64,000 bases of DNA. Source: an uncultured Candidatus Rokubacteria bacterium (GTDB lineage: Bacteria > Methylomirabilota > Methylomirabilia > Rokubacteriales > CSP1-6). The DNA lies in assembly GCA_963758635.1 (NCBI GenBank), contig CAVWWD010000005.1:96001-160000 (forward strand). The letters are read 5' to 3'. Below are positions 54,191 to 64,000 of this stretch, piece after piece. The position numbers and the translations under genes were made by a program. Numbering within the stretch: the stretch's first letter is position 1; every line of letters begins with the position of its first letter. Below the pieces are notes generated by a model, which saw nothing but the letters and a program-made list of their open reading frames with translations, was not told the origin of the DNA and searched no databases.

Positions 54191-54547
54191 ATGAGCGTCG
54201 CCACGAGCAACGAGGCGCGACCGCGGGTCGTCCGATGGCTGGAGGAAGGACAGGGACAGCTGAGCGCCGTCCTCGCGATCCTCCACGACTACGATCGCGT
54301 GCAGGCCGCGGCCCAGATGGCGGAGCAGGAGTGCGAGCGGCTACGCGCCTTCGTCTACGAGAACGAGCGGCTGCGGAACCAGATCGAGGGGATGGAGAGC
54401 GAGTGCGGGAAGCTCCGCGAGGAGATCCAGAACCTGCGCGGGCTCGGCGAGCGGCACCTCCGAGAGCGCGAGGACATCGCGGCCTCGCAGTCGCAGCTCA
54501 TGAACGACGTGCTCCTCCGGCTCCGCGGAGAGCAGCACCGCTCATGA
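54191..54547 (+). CDS. Hypothetical coiled-coil protein
   Basis: E/R/Q/L-rich heptad pattern. Confidence 0.65.
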   Translation: MSVATSNEARPRVVRWLEEGQGQLSAVLAILHDYDRVQAAAQMAEQECERLRAFVYENERLRNQIEGMESECGKLREEIQNLRGLGERHLREREDIAASQSQLMNDVLLRLRGEQHRS

Positions 54548-54620
54548 CCCTCGCAGAATGCGGAACCGCCACGGGCCTCTACAGTCCCACCGGGCGGCAC
54601 TAGTCTGATGCGCGGGGCTC
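54545..54620 (+). repeat. Family B repeat, copy 5
   Basis: Its first 3 nt (TGA) are the stop codon of the upstream gene. Confidence 0.92.
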
Positions 54621-54641
54621 GTTAGCCCGAGCGGATCCGGC

Positions 54642-55130
54642 ATGGGCGAGGAGGCGTTCTCGCCGGAGCAGCATCGCCTCGCCGCCGAGGAGCGCTACTT
54701 CGACGACCTCCGCGTCGGGGAGCGCTTCTTCATCCCGTCGCGCACGATGACCGAAGCGCACTTCTCCGCCTTCCAGGCGGCCTCGGGCGACAACCATCCG
54801 ATCCACTACGACCGGCCGTACTGCCAGGCCCGCGGCCACCGCGACCTCCTCGCCCACGGCCTGCTCGTCGCCGCCCAGGCCGCCGCGGGGGCGGGGATCT
54901 TCCCGCACGTGATCGGCGACGCGCTGGTCGCGTTCCTCGGACAGTCCTCGACCTTCCTCAAGCCCGTCTACGTGGGGGACACGATCTACCCGATGCTGAC
55001 GATCACCGAGCTCCGGCCCGGGCGCACCACCGGGGTCGTCGTGATGCGCGCCACCATCCACAATCAGGTGAAGGATCTGGTCATGGACGGCGAGCACCGG
55101 TACCTCCTCCGTCGCCGCCCCGGATCGTGA
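54642..55130 (+). CDS. MaoC-family dehydratase
   Basis: SGDNHPIHYD, AHG, FLKPVYVGDT. Confidence 0.88.
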   Translation: MGEEAFSPEQHRLAAEERYFDDLRVGERFFIPSRTMTEAHFSAFQAASGDNHPIHYDRPYCQARGHRDLLAHGLLVAAQAAAGAGIFPHVIGDALVAFLGQSSTFLKPVYVGDTIYPMLTITELRPGRTTGVVVMRATIHNQVKDLVMDGEHRYLLRRRPGS

Positions 55131-55155
55131 GCGCGTGAGACGGAGGCTGGCCGGG

Positions 55156-55542
55156 TCAGGGAGCGTCGACGGAGTTCTGCGTGAACGAGACGACGTTGAT
55201 GCGATAGTCGGCGCCGCGACGGGGCACCGGCACCGCGAAGTACGCCTTGCCCCCCGGCGTGACGTTGCCGTAGACCCAGCCGAGCGACTCGCCCGTGACG
55301 GCGCCCGACCCATCGAGCACCTCGACCTTCAGCCGCACGCCGCTCACGAGATAGCGCGGCGACTCGTTGTGCACGTAGCCCTCGACCGCCCAGCCGCCGC
55401 GCGGGATCGCCTCCTTGCTGTACTCGATTCGGAATATCTGCTCGGACGATCCCTGGGCCCCGGCCGGCCCCGCGTGGAGCAGGGCCGCGAGGACGGCGAC
55501 AGCGAGGCCGGCCGGGAGGAGCGGACGGAGAAGGGTGATCAT
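55156..55542 (-). CDS. Secreted FxLYD-like domain protein
   Basis: Signal peptide; VEGYVHN...VRLKVEVLDGSG...PGGKAYF. Confidence 0.65.
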   Translation of the reverse strand: MITLLRPLLPAGLAVAVLAALLHAGPAGAQGSSEQIFRIEYSKEAIPRGGWAVEGYVHNESPRYLVSGVRLKVEVLDGSGAVTGESLGWVYGNVTPGGKAYFAVPVPRRGADYRINVVSFTQNSVDAP

Positions 55543-55770
55543 GGAGCGCTCCCTGGCCCGCGGGCAGACGAGCGTGCTTCGTTCACGGCACGAGCCGGCC
55601 GTGCCGGCTCCGGCGAGCAGGATACCGTAGACACACCGCCGCCGGCGAAAACCTCTGCGTCCGGGACGGGCACGTCGGGAAGGGACACGGGCGGCAGCGC
55701 GGCGCCGGGAGGGGCGGGGGATCGGTCGCGGCGCGCGGTCACACCGCCGCGGCGCCGGACGCGAGGGCGG

Positions 55771-55890
55771 TCAGGCGCCCTTCTTCGCGGCGGCCCGCGC
55801 CGGGCAGCGCTTGTGCATCCACACCGAGCCGAGCTTCACGTGGTTGCCGTTCTTCCGGATGCGTCCCTTGCACTTCGGGCACGTCCCCAT
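55771..55890 (-). CDS. 39-aa basic zinc-finger micro-protein (CxxC-x18-HxxC)
   Basis: MGTCPKCKGRIRKNGNHVKLGSVWMHKRCPARAAAKKGA*; GAAGGAG RBS; GC3-rich codons; below the ORF-track cutoff. Confidence 0.75.
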   Translation of the reverse strand: MGTCPKCKGRIRKNGNHVKLGSVWMHKRCPARAAAKKGA

Positions 55891-55964
55891 CACGATCTCC
55901 TTCGCGCGGATGTCGCGACCGTCGAAGGCCGCGGCGATCGAGTATACACGAGAGCGAGGGAGCG

Positions 55965-56297
55965 GTGAGCGCGGACTGCGTGTTCTGCCGGATCGTGGAG
56001 CGCCGATCGCCGGCCGAGGTCGTGTACGAGGACGACGAGGTCATGGCCTTCCGGGATCTCTACCCGAAGGCGCCCGTGCACCTGCTGATCATCCCGAAGC
56101 GGCACATCGAATCGATCGCCGCGCTGGAGACGACCGACACCGCCGTCGTCGGCCACTGCGTCCAGGTGGCGAAGCTGCTCGGAGAGCAGACCGGCTACGC
56201 CGAGCGCGGGTATCGCATCGCGTGCCACTCGGGCCCCGAGGGCGGGCAGGTCGTGTACCACTTGCACTTCCACTTCATGGCCGGACGCCGGAGCTGA
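55965..56297 (+). CDS. HIT-family nucleotide hydrolase (Hint-like)
   Basis: DCVFC, PKAPVHLLIIPK, GQVVYHLHFH. Confidence 0.9.
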   Translation: MSADCVFCRIVERRSPAEVVYEDDEVMAFRDLYPKAPVHLLIIPKRHIESIAALETTDTAVVGHCVQVAKLLGEQTGYAERGYRIACHSGPEGGQVVYHLHFHFMAGRRS

Positions 56298-56348
56298 CTC
56301 GCCACCGCCGGCGTCCAGGCCAACCGCCGCGCGGGATCCCGCCCGGCG

Positions 56349-57963
56349 TCAGGTGCCGCTGGCCGCGGCGCCCTGGTCTCCGCCGCGTGTCACGGGCTTG
56401 AACTCGAGCGGCAGTCCGGCGTTCGCCCAGCCCCCGAGCCCGCCCTTCAGCACCCGCACGTCCGCGTAGCCGAGCCGCCGGAGCCGCTGGACGGCTCCGG
56501 CGCTGGCGCGCTCGTCCCTCGCGGTGCAGTACGCGATCACGGGCCGGCCGGGCTCGATCGACGGTGGCGCGGTCCCGCGGTCGAGGTCTTCGCTCGACAC
56601 GTGTACGGCCCCGGGGATCCGAAACGGGCTCGTGTCGTAGACGAGCTTGGACCGCACGTCCAGGATGGCCGGCGCGGCCCCGCGCTCGTAGAGGCGCACC
56701 ACCTCGGACGCCTCGATGCGATGCCGGTTCTGCCGCCAGCGACGCCCCGCGACGAGCGCGACGCCGCCCAGTCCGGCGAGGACGACGGCGCCGGTGGCGG
56801 CGCTCCAGGGAAATGGCCGAGGCGGCGGATTCTTGATCTTCTCCTCCGCCTCGGCGAGGGCCCGGTTGACGTTCGGGCAGGTCGGGCATGAGCCGGTTGG
56901 ACTCGCGAAACCCCACCGCGGCGCCCTTGTAGTCGCCGGCGAACAGCCTGGCGAGGCCGGAGAACCACGCGTCGTTGAACGGGCTCTTGCCGTTCGGCGT
57001 GACCGGGGTGGCCTGGAGGAAGTCCCGGACGGCATCCGACGGAATCACGAAGTTGAAGCCCTGGACGATACTGCCCTCCGGTCCGGGCCCCAGCGAGACG
57101 AACGTGAGGACGCCGATCACCTCGCCCTTCTCGTTGATCACCGGCCCGCCCGAGTTGCCCCACGCCGCGGGCGCGTCGGTCTGGATGACGGGCTGGTTCT
57201 GGACGTCCTGCTTGAACCCGGACACGGCGCCGTTCGTCACCGAGGCCTCGACCTTGGCGGAGGCGTTGAGGAGCTCGTGGGTCAGCACCACGCCCGGAAA
57301 GCCGAGGATCCGGATCGGATCGCCGATCTTCAGCGTCCGCGACAGCCCGAGGGCGAACACGGGCAGGTCGGACGCCTCCACCTGGAGCAGCGCGAGGTCG
57401 CGGCCGGACATCGCGCCAGGCCCGGCCTCGACGGCGACGGGCGGGCTGTACTTCGCGACCTTCGCGGGAAGCCGGATGCCGTTGGACATGAGCAGCGAGA
57501 CCGACGGGCTCAGCTCCACCTTCGCCCGCGGCATCACGCGATCGAGCAGCTCGCGCTTGATCTGCTCCTCGGCGTCGGGACGCGCGCCCGGAGCGAGCCC
57601 GCGCCGTGCCAGCGCGTCGGGAAGGCACGCAGTCATCACCGCCCGCTGCGCCTGCTGATTCACCAGCCACTGGGGCGGCATATGGGCGGGCTGCACGACG
57701 TGGGCGTTGGTCACCACCCAGCCGCTGGTGTCGACGAACCAGCCCGTGCCCGTCTCGCGGAAGGGCGGGGGAGTCACGGTGACCTGGCCCGCGCCGCAGT
57801 CGAGCGTGATCTCGGCGCCCACCTCGGAGATCACGAGGACCGTGGCGGGCTTGGCGCGGAGGATCGTCTCCTGGACCGACAGCATGTCCGCCCCGCGCGC
57901 CTCGGCATCGCCGAGGATCGCCAGGCCCGCGACGAGAGCGGCGCGCCACCACGCCCGGGGCAT
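56349..57963 (-). CDS. Trypsin-like (HtrA-type) serine protease fused to a TM helix and a C-terminal rhodanese domain (frameshift near 56875)
   Basis: Signal peptide; TNAHVV, DLALL, IQTDA...GNSGGP; TM; ILDVR, IPGA, AYCT, LKGGLGGW. Confidence 0.82.
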
Positions 57964-58084
57964 GGCGCGGATTCTACTCCGAGGTCGCGAAGGAACGCTC
58001 GGCTTCAGCGGGCGAGGCTCGCACCGCGATTCCGTGGGCACGCGGCGCGCCGTCTCGCCCAGTGATTCAGCGATCTCGTTCCGG

Positions 58085-58124
58085 AAAAAGAACCGGGCTC
58101 CAGGGGCGAGCCCTGGAGCCCGGT
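58085..58124 (-). terminator. Rho-independent terminator of the repeat-protein gene
   Basis: 14-bp perfect stem (58092-58105 / 58111-58124) followed by TCTTTTT on the minus strand. Confidence 0.85.
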
Positions 58125-58148
58125 GGTGATGCAGGACTGACGCTCGAC

Positions 58149-59385
58149 TTACTTCAGGATCTCGATCGCGGCCTTGGCCTTCTGGCTGGCCAGGCTCGTG
58201 TTGCCGGCCTTGCAAGCCGCCTCGGCCTCCTTCACCAGCGACGCCGCCTTGGAGATGTCACCACGCGGAGCCTCCTGAGCGGACCGGGGCGCTTCCTGCT
58301 GGCTGCGCGGAGCCTGCTGCACCGAGCGGGGCGCCTCCTGCGTGCTACGGGGCGCTTCCTGCTGGCTCACCCGCGGAGCCTCCTGAGCGGACCGGGGCGC
58401 TTCCTGCTGACTGCGCGGAGCCTGCTGCACCGAGCGGGGCGCCTCCTGCGTGCTACGGGGCGCTTCCTGCGCGCTGCGCGGGGCTTCCTGCTGGCTCACC
58501 CGCGGAGCCTCCTGGGCGGACCGGGGCGCTTCCTGCTGACTGCGCGGAGCCTGCTGCACCGAGCGGGGCGCCTCCTGCGTGCTACGGGGCGCTTCCTGCG
58601 CGCTGCGCGGGGCTTCCTGCTGGCTCACCCGCGGGGCCTCCTGGGCGGACCGGGGCGCTTCCTGCTGACTGCGCGGAGCCTGCTGCACCGAGCGGGGCGC
58701 CTCCTGCGTGCTACGGGGCGCTTCCTGCGCGCTGCGCGGGGCTTCCTGCTGGCTCACCCGCGGGGCCTCCTGAGCGGACCGGGGCGCTTCCTGCTGACTG
58801 CGCGGAGCCTGCTGCACCGAGCGAGGCGCCTCCTGCGTGCTGCGGGGCGCTTCCTGCGCGCTGCGCGGGGCTTCCTGCTGGCTCACCCGCGGGGCCTCCT
58901 GGGCGGACCGGGGCGCTTCCTGCTGACTGCGCGGAGCCTGCTGCACCGAGCGGGGCGCCTCCTGCGTGCTACGGGGCGCTTCCTGCGCGCTGCGCGGGGC
59001 TTCCTGCTGCGCTCACCCGCGGAGCCTCCTGGGCGGAGCGGGGCGCTTCCTGCTGACTGCGCGGAGCCTGCTGCACCGAGCGAGGCGCCTCCTGCGACGA
59101 CCGCGGAGCCTCCTGGGCGGAGCGGGGCGCTTCCTGCTGACTGCGCGGAGCCTGCTGCACCGAGCGAGGCGCCTCCTGCGAGGACCGCGGAGCCTCCTGG
59201 ATGCGAGCACCGGCGAGCGAGCGCGGCGCCTGCACATCCTGGACGCGAGACACCTGTTGCTTCTGCTGCAGCATCGACTTCGCCGTGCTCACCTCGGCCG
59301 GGCAGCTGTTGTCAGCCGAACCCGTGGTGGCCGAGAGGGACACGGCCATCAGACCACTGAGAACCACCGCCAGCGACTTCTTCAT
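58149..59385 (-). CDS. Secreted QEAPR-repeat protein (~411 aa after correcting a 1-bp insertion near 59010)
   Basis: Signal peptide MKKSLAVVLSGLMAVSLSATTGSA; SCPAE; 44 repeat units; helical C-terminus with AACKAG; AAAGGAAGG RBS. Confidence 0.85.
58263..59202 (-). repeat. Coding minisatellite: 21/24-bp units arranged in a 129-bp higher-order repeat
   Basis: SVQQAPR-SQQEAPR-SAQEAPR-VSQQEAPR-SAQEAPR-STQEAPR block repeated 5 times plus partial blocks. Confidence 0.95.
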
Positions 59386-59513
59386 GCGTCCCTTCCTTTC
59401 GCAGCTGGTTGAGGAACCATCTCAGCCGACTCGCACTTCCGGCCGCCCCCCACGGACCGCCGGTCGCGGCTGAGAACCGCACTCGTGTTCTTCATGACGA
59501 CCACGGCCCCTAG

Positions 59514-59529
59514 AGCAGGAGCCATGCCA
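59514..59529 (-). promoter_or_regulatory. Sigma-54 (-24/-12) promoter
   Basis: TGGCATGGCTCCTGCT with GG and GC at the canonical spacing, about 130 bp upstream of the repeat gene. Confidence 0.7.
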
Positions 59530-59559
59530 CACGGGGGAAGTGGGAGAAGAAAGTTGCTC

Positions 59560-59572
59560 AATCACATGGTTA
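59560..59572. promoter_or_regulatory. IHF-like site
   Basis: AATCACATGGTTA, one mismatch to WATCARNNNNTTR, just upstream of the -24 element. Confidence 0.5.
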
Positions 59573-59992
59573 CGGGCCCATCAGCTTGTTTCCCTGCGGT
59601 GGGCGGCGCGGCTTTTTGCCCCGTGCCCCGCCCGAGCCCCGCCCGGCAGAATGCCCGTCGTGCCCAAGGATGGTCGGGACGGGCAAGCGCGGGTCGGGCA
59701 AGCTGCTTTGACCGCCGGACAGGCTCGTGTCCTGCTCGCGGGAAGTGCGTGTGGACCCGTCGGTCGCTCCCGTTCGGCGCATCCGCGATGTGACCGTCAT
59801 GCAAGGTTTGTACAGTCACGAGAGAGCGGCGTGCAGAGGAGGAGCCCTGGACAGATCTACCCGTTCGAGCCTCGCTAGGCGGGGGATGCTCGGTAAATGG
59901 GCCGCGTAGCAGCGAGTTTTGGGGTATACTGCCTCCGTTCGCCAACTTCCAGGAGGGCTCCGTATGACGCCGACCGTCGTGAGGAGGTACGC

Positions 59993-60870
59993 GTGAAGAA
60001 GGCGCCGAGGACCAAGGGTCAGGCCGCCCGGCTGACGCGACCCCACAAGGCGGCGGCCGCCGCCCCACCGCCCGCCCGCCCCGTCAAGCTCCGGCTGGAT
60101 CTCCTGCTCGTCGAGCGCGCCTTGGCCCCGAGTCGCGAGAAGGCGGCACGCCTCATCCTGGCCGGCTCCGTCATGGTCGACGGGCAGCGCGTGGACAAGG
60201 CGGGGACGCCGATCGACACGCGTGCCCGCGTCGAGGTGGTCTCGCGAGAGAAGTACGTGAGCCGAGGCGGCGACAAGCTCGACCACGCCATCGCCACGTT
60301 CGGCATCGCGCCCGCCGGCCGCATCTGCCTCGACGTGGGCGCCTCCACCGGAGGGTTCACCCACTGCCTGCTCGAGGCGGGCGCCAAGCGCGTGTACGCC
60401 GTGGACGTCGGCCAGGGCCAGCTCGATCCCTCGCTGCGCGCCGATGGTCGCGTGGTGGTGATGGAGCGCACGAACGCGCGCCAGCTCAGCGTGGAGAGCT
60501 TCCCCGAGCTCCCGCAGGTGGCCACCGTGGACGTGTCGTTCATCTCGCTGGAGAAGGTGCTCCCCGCCGTGCAGAGCGTTCTGTCGTTCGACGGCGAGGC
60601 GGTGATCCTCGTGAAGCCGCAGTTCGAGGTGGGCAAGGGCCAGGTCGGCAAGGGGGGGTCGTGCGCGATCCCAGCCAGCACCGCGCCGTGCTCGAGCGGC
60701 TCGCGCGCTACTCGATCCTGCACGCCTGGCACGTGCGCGGCGTGACGGCATCGCCGCTCAAGGGCCCCAAGGGCAACCGCGAGTTCTTCATGCACCTGGC
60801 CCTCACCGGGAAGACCCCGGCGCAGCTCGGGGCGCTCCTCGACCGGGTCGCCGCGGAGGAGCCTGCGTGA
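59993..60870 (+). CDS. tlyA: TlyA rRNA methyltransferase (frameshift near 60655)
   Basis: RLDLLLV, YVSRGGDKL, DVGASTGGFT, DVSFISL, VKPQFE, GPKGNREF. Confidence 0.92.
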
Positions 60871-61725
60871 AGCGTATCGGCGTCCTCGCCAAGACCGACC
60901 GCGAGGAGGCCCGGCAGGTCGTTCCCCAGCTCCTCGAGTGGTGCGCGGCCCGCGGCGTCACCGCCGTCCTCGAGAAGGAGACCGCGGGGCTGTGCCCGGA
61001 TCGCGCCATCTCCGTCGTCCTCAAGCCCGAGCTGCCCGGGGCACGTCGATCTGCTGCTGGTGCTGGGCGGCGACGGCACGCTGCTCTCCATGGCCCGCCT
61101 CGTCGGCGACCTCGGGGTGCCGATCCTCGGCGTCAACCTCGGCGGGCTGGGGTTCCTCACCGCCCTCACCGTGGAAGAGCTGTTCCCGGCCCTCGAGGCC
61201 TGCCTGCGTGGGGAGATGGTGATCGATGAGCGGATGATGCTGGCGGCCGCCGTCGTGCGTCAGGGCGAGCGGCTGACCGAGTACGTCGCGCTGAACGACG
61301 TGGTCATCACCAAGTCCGCGATGAGCCGCATCATCAATCTGGAGGTGGCGGTGGACGGCAAGCTGGCCACCGCGTACCGGGCCGACGGGCTCATCGTCTC
61401 CACGCCCACCGGCTCCACGGCCTACTGCCTGTCCGCGGGCGGGCCCATCGTGTTCCCCACCATGGACGCGGTCGTCCTCACGCCGATCTGCTCGCACACG
61501 CTCACCAACCGTCCGATCGTGCTGCCGGGCGGCGTCGCCATCGAGGTGACGCTCCTGTCCGACCAGGACGTGGCCCTCACCCTCGACGGGCAGGTGAGCC
61601 TCGCGCTCAAGCGCTCGGACATCGTCGAGATCCGTCCCGCCGCGGCCCGCATCCGGCTCCTCCGGCCGCCCCAGAAGCACTTCTTCTCGGTGCTCCGCAC
61701 CAAGCTGAAGTGGGGCGAGCGGTAG
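60867..61725 (+). CDS. nadK: NAD kinase (frameshift near 61040)
   Basis: LGGDGT, GVNLGGLGFL, LNDVV, TPTGSTAY.LSAGGP. Confidence 0.92.
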
Positions 61726-61794
61726 ATCCCTCCGTCTCCATCTCGATACGCTTGAGGCCGACCTCCCGGGCGACGTAGCATCGCGGGCGCGGCC

Positions 61795-63513
61795 ATGCTC
61801 ACCGAGCTCCGCATCCGGAACCTCGCCGTCATCGAGAGACGTCACCGTGCCCTTCGGCCCCGGCCTGAACGTCCTCACCGGGGAGACGGGAGCGGGGAAG
61901 TCGATCGTGATCGACGCCCTGCTCCTGATCGGGGGCGCGCGGGCGCAGCCCGAGCTGATCCGCTCGCAGGCCGCCGCCGCCTCGGTCGAGGCGGTCTTCG
62001 AGATCCCGCCGGCGAGCCCGGCCACCGAGGTGCTGGAAAGGGCGGGGCACGGAGCGCCCGATGGCGTCCTCGTGATCCGGCGGGAGATCGCGCGATCCGG
62101 GCGCCACCGCGTCTTCGTCAACGATTCGGCGGCGACGGTGGCGCTGATCGATCGGCTCGGCGAGTGCCTCCTCGAGCTGCACGGCCAGCACGAGCACCAG
62201 CGCCTCATGGAGCCGGCGCGGCAGCTCGCCGTGCTCGATCGCTTCGCCGGCTGCGCGCCGGACGTCTCGGCCCTCGGCGGTCTCGTGCGCGCATGGACGG
62301 AGGCGCGGGCCGAGCTGACTCGCGTCGAGAGCGAGGCGCGGGAGGACGCGCGCCAGGAAGACCTCTACCGCTTCCAGCTCTCCGAGATCGACGCCGCGCG
62401 TCTCGAGGATGGCGAGGAGGACGCGCTCCGCGCCGAGCGCCGCCGCCTCCAGCACGCCGAGCGCATCGGCTCCATCCTGCGCGAGGCCTCCGCGCTGCTC
62501 TACGACGACCGCGACGCCGCCGCGGCCCGCCTGGCGCGCGCGGCCGGCCTGCTCGGCGAGCTCGAGCGCGATGGATCCCGACGCCGCGGGCGCCGCGGAG
62601 AGCGTGGAGGCCGCCGCGACCCACGTCGAGGAGGCCGTCGGTCGGGTGCGCGCGCTCCGCGACCGGGCCACCCTCGATCCCGAGCGCCTGGAGGAGATCG
62701 ACGCGCGTCTCGACACCATCCTCAAGCTGAAGCGGAAGTACGGGGAGAGCGAGGCCGCCATCGCTCGCTACCGCCAGGAGGTGGCCGAGCGGCTCGGGCG
62801 TCTCACCCGCCACGACGAGGTCGTCGCCGAGATGGCGGGCGCGCATCGACGACCTCGCGGGCCGGGCCCTCCGCGCGGCGGACGCGCTCACCGCGGTCCG
62901 CACGGAGGCCGCGGCGCGGCTCGAGCGGCTGATCCAGAAGGAGCTGCGCGGGCTCGGCATGGAGCACGCGCGCTTCGCCGTCGCCTTCCGGCGGGAGGCC
63001 GCCGGGCCCGGCGAGCTCGCGCCGAGGGCGGGCGGCGCCCGCGTGGGTGCGCGGGGGGCCGAGACCGTGGAGTTCCTCTTCTCCGCCAACCCCGGCGAGG
63101 AGCCGCGCTCCCTGGCCCGCGTGGTCTCGGGGGGCGAGCTGTCGCGGACGATGCTCGCGGTCAAGACCGTCCTCGCCGCGGCCGACGACGTGCCGGTCCT
63201 CATCTTCGACGAGGTCGACGCGGGCATCGGCGGGCGCGTGGCCGACGTGATCGGCGACAAGCTGCGGGAGACCTCGGTCGGCCGGCAGGTGCTCTGCGTC
63301 ACCCATCTCGCCCAGATCGCCGCGCGCGCCGGCCAGCACATCGTGGTGGACAAGCGCGTGAGCCGGGGCGTCACGCGCACCTCGGTCCGCCGCGTCGCGG
63401 CCGCCGAGCGCGTGGAGGAGCTGGCGCGGATGCTGGGCGGCGAGCGCATCACCGACGCCACGCGCCGCCACGCGCGCGAGCTCTACCGCGGCAGCCAGGG
63501 GGGACGCGGATGA
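61795..63513 (+). CDS. recN: DNA repair protein RecN (frameshifts near 61838, 62570 and 62840)
   Basis: LTGETGAGKS, HGQHEHQ, SGGELSR, FDEVDAGIGG, VTHLAQIA. Confidence 0.92.
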
Positions 63514-63570
63514 CGGCGGCGCGGCCCGCATCTGTCCCTGGCCGCGAGGCCTGGTGCTAAGATAGCCTTC

Positions 63571-64000
63571 GTGATCAACGCCCTGATCCGCGCGGTCTTC
63601 GGCACCAAGCACGAGCGGGACGCCAAGCGCATGCGTCCGGCCGTCGCGGCCATCAACGAGCTGGCGTCCGCGCTCGAGGCCGTGGACGACGGGGCCCTCC
63701 GGGCGAGGACGGGGGAGTTCCGCAAGCGGCTCGCCGACGGCGCGGAGCTCGACGATCTCCTCGTCGAGGCGTTCGCCGCCTGCCGCGAGGCGGCGCGTCG
63801 CACCGTCCGGATGCGGCACTTCGACGTGCAGCTCATGGGCGGGATGATCCTGCACCAGGGCACGATCGCGGAGATGGCCACGGGCGAGGGCAAGACGCTC
63901 GTGGCCACGCTCCCGGCGTACCTGAACGCGCTGCCCGGCCTCGGCACCCACATCGTGACCGTCAACGACTACCTGGCCCGGCGCGACGCGCAGTGGATGG
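63571..64000 (+). CDS. secA: Preprotein translocase SecA (5' part, runs off the window)
   Basis: [46 protein letters not shown]. Confidence 0.95.
   Translation, partial: MINALIRAVFGTKHERDAKRMRPAVAAINELASALEAVDDGALRARTGEFRKRLADGAELDDLLVEAFAACREAARRTVRMRHFDVQLMGGMILHQGTIAEMATGEGKTLVATLPAYLNALPGLGTHIVTVNDYLARRDAQWM

Noticed and set aside
58263..59202. CRISPR or non-coding satellite; also the opposite-strand 432-aa ORF 58062-59360
   Set aside because: Periods are multiples of 3 and the minus strand has a signal peptide, RBS, promoter and terminator; the plus-strand ORF is its shadow.
59382..59495. 37-aa uORF (MKNTSAVLSR...) ending in an ATGA overlap with the repeat gene
   Set aside because: No SD, unremarkable sequence, and the main gene has its own RBS; the resemblance to its N-terminus may be chance.

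Overview
64 kb of very GC-rich bacterial chromosome. Gene content and style suggest Candidatus Rokubacteria/Methylomirabilota, but this is inference and was not checked by search. About 15 single-base frameshifts in otherwise intact genes point to long-read indel errors. Most of the window is housekeeping and metabolic: tldD-pmbA-tatD, tcuA, uppP, an envelope glycosylation cluster, an ABC exporter, moeA, a family B DNA polymerase, rlmN-mtaB-mtnP-adenosine kinase, a form II cox (SLM) molybdoenzyme cluster with mocA/coxD/coxE/xdhC/sufU/sufS, nfeD-SPFH, tRNA-Ala(CGC), tlyA-nadK-recN and secA. Main observations: (1) a secreted protein with 44 tandem S-x-Q-[EQ]-A-P-R units clamped between two cysteines, with its own sigma-54/IHF/enhancer promoter and terminator; (2) a probable secreted selenoprotein rhodanese (in-frame UGA at the catalytic Cys, plus a SECIS-like hairpin) inside a second, translationally coupled moeA-tldD-rhodanese-pmbA operon; (3) three kinds of small intergenic elements: a ~77-bp family in 5 copies that sits on stop codons, an ~85-bp hairpin family with a compensatory base change, and a 189-bp MITE with TIRs and TSD; (4) a 50-bp tandem repeat forming a chain of coupled 17-aa mini-ORFs; (5) a 39-aa half-LIM-like zinc-finger micro-protein missing from the ORF track; (6) a transketolase deletion chimera; (7) many apparently leaderless genes, including a radical SAM repair gene with a palindromic operator.
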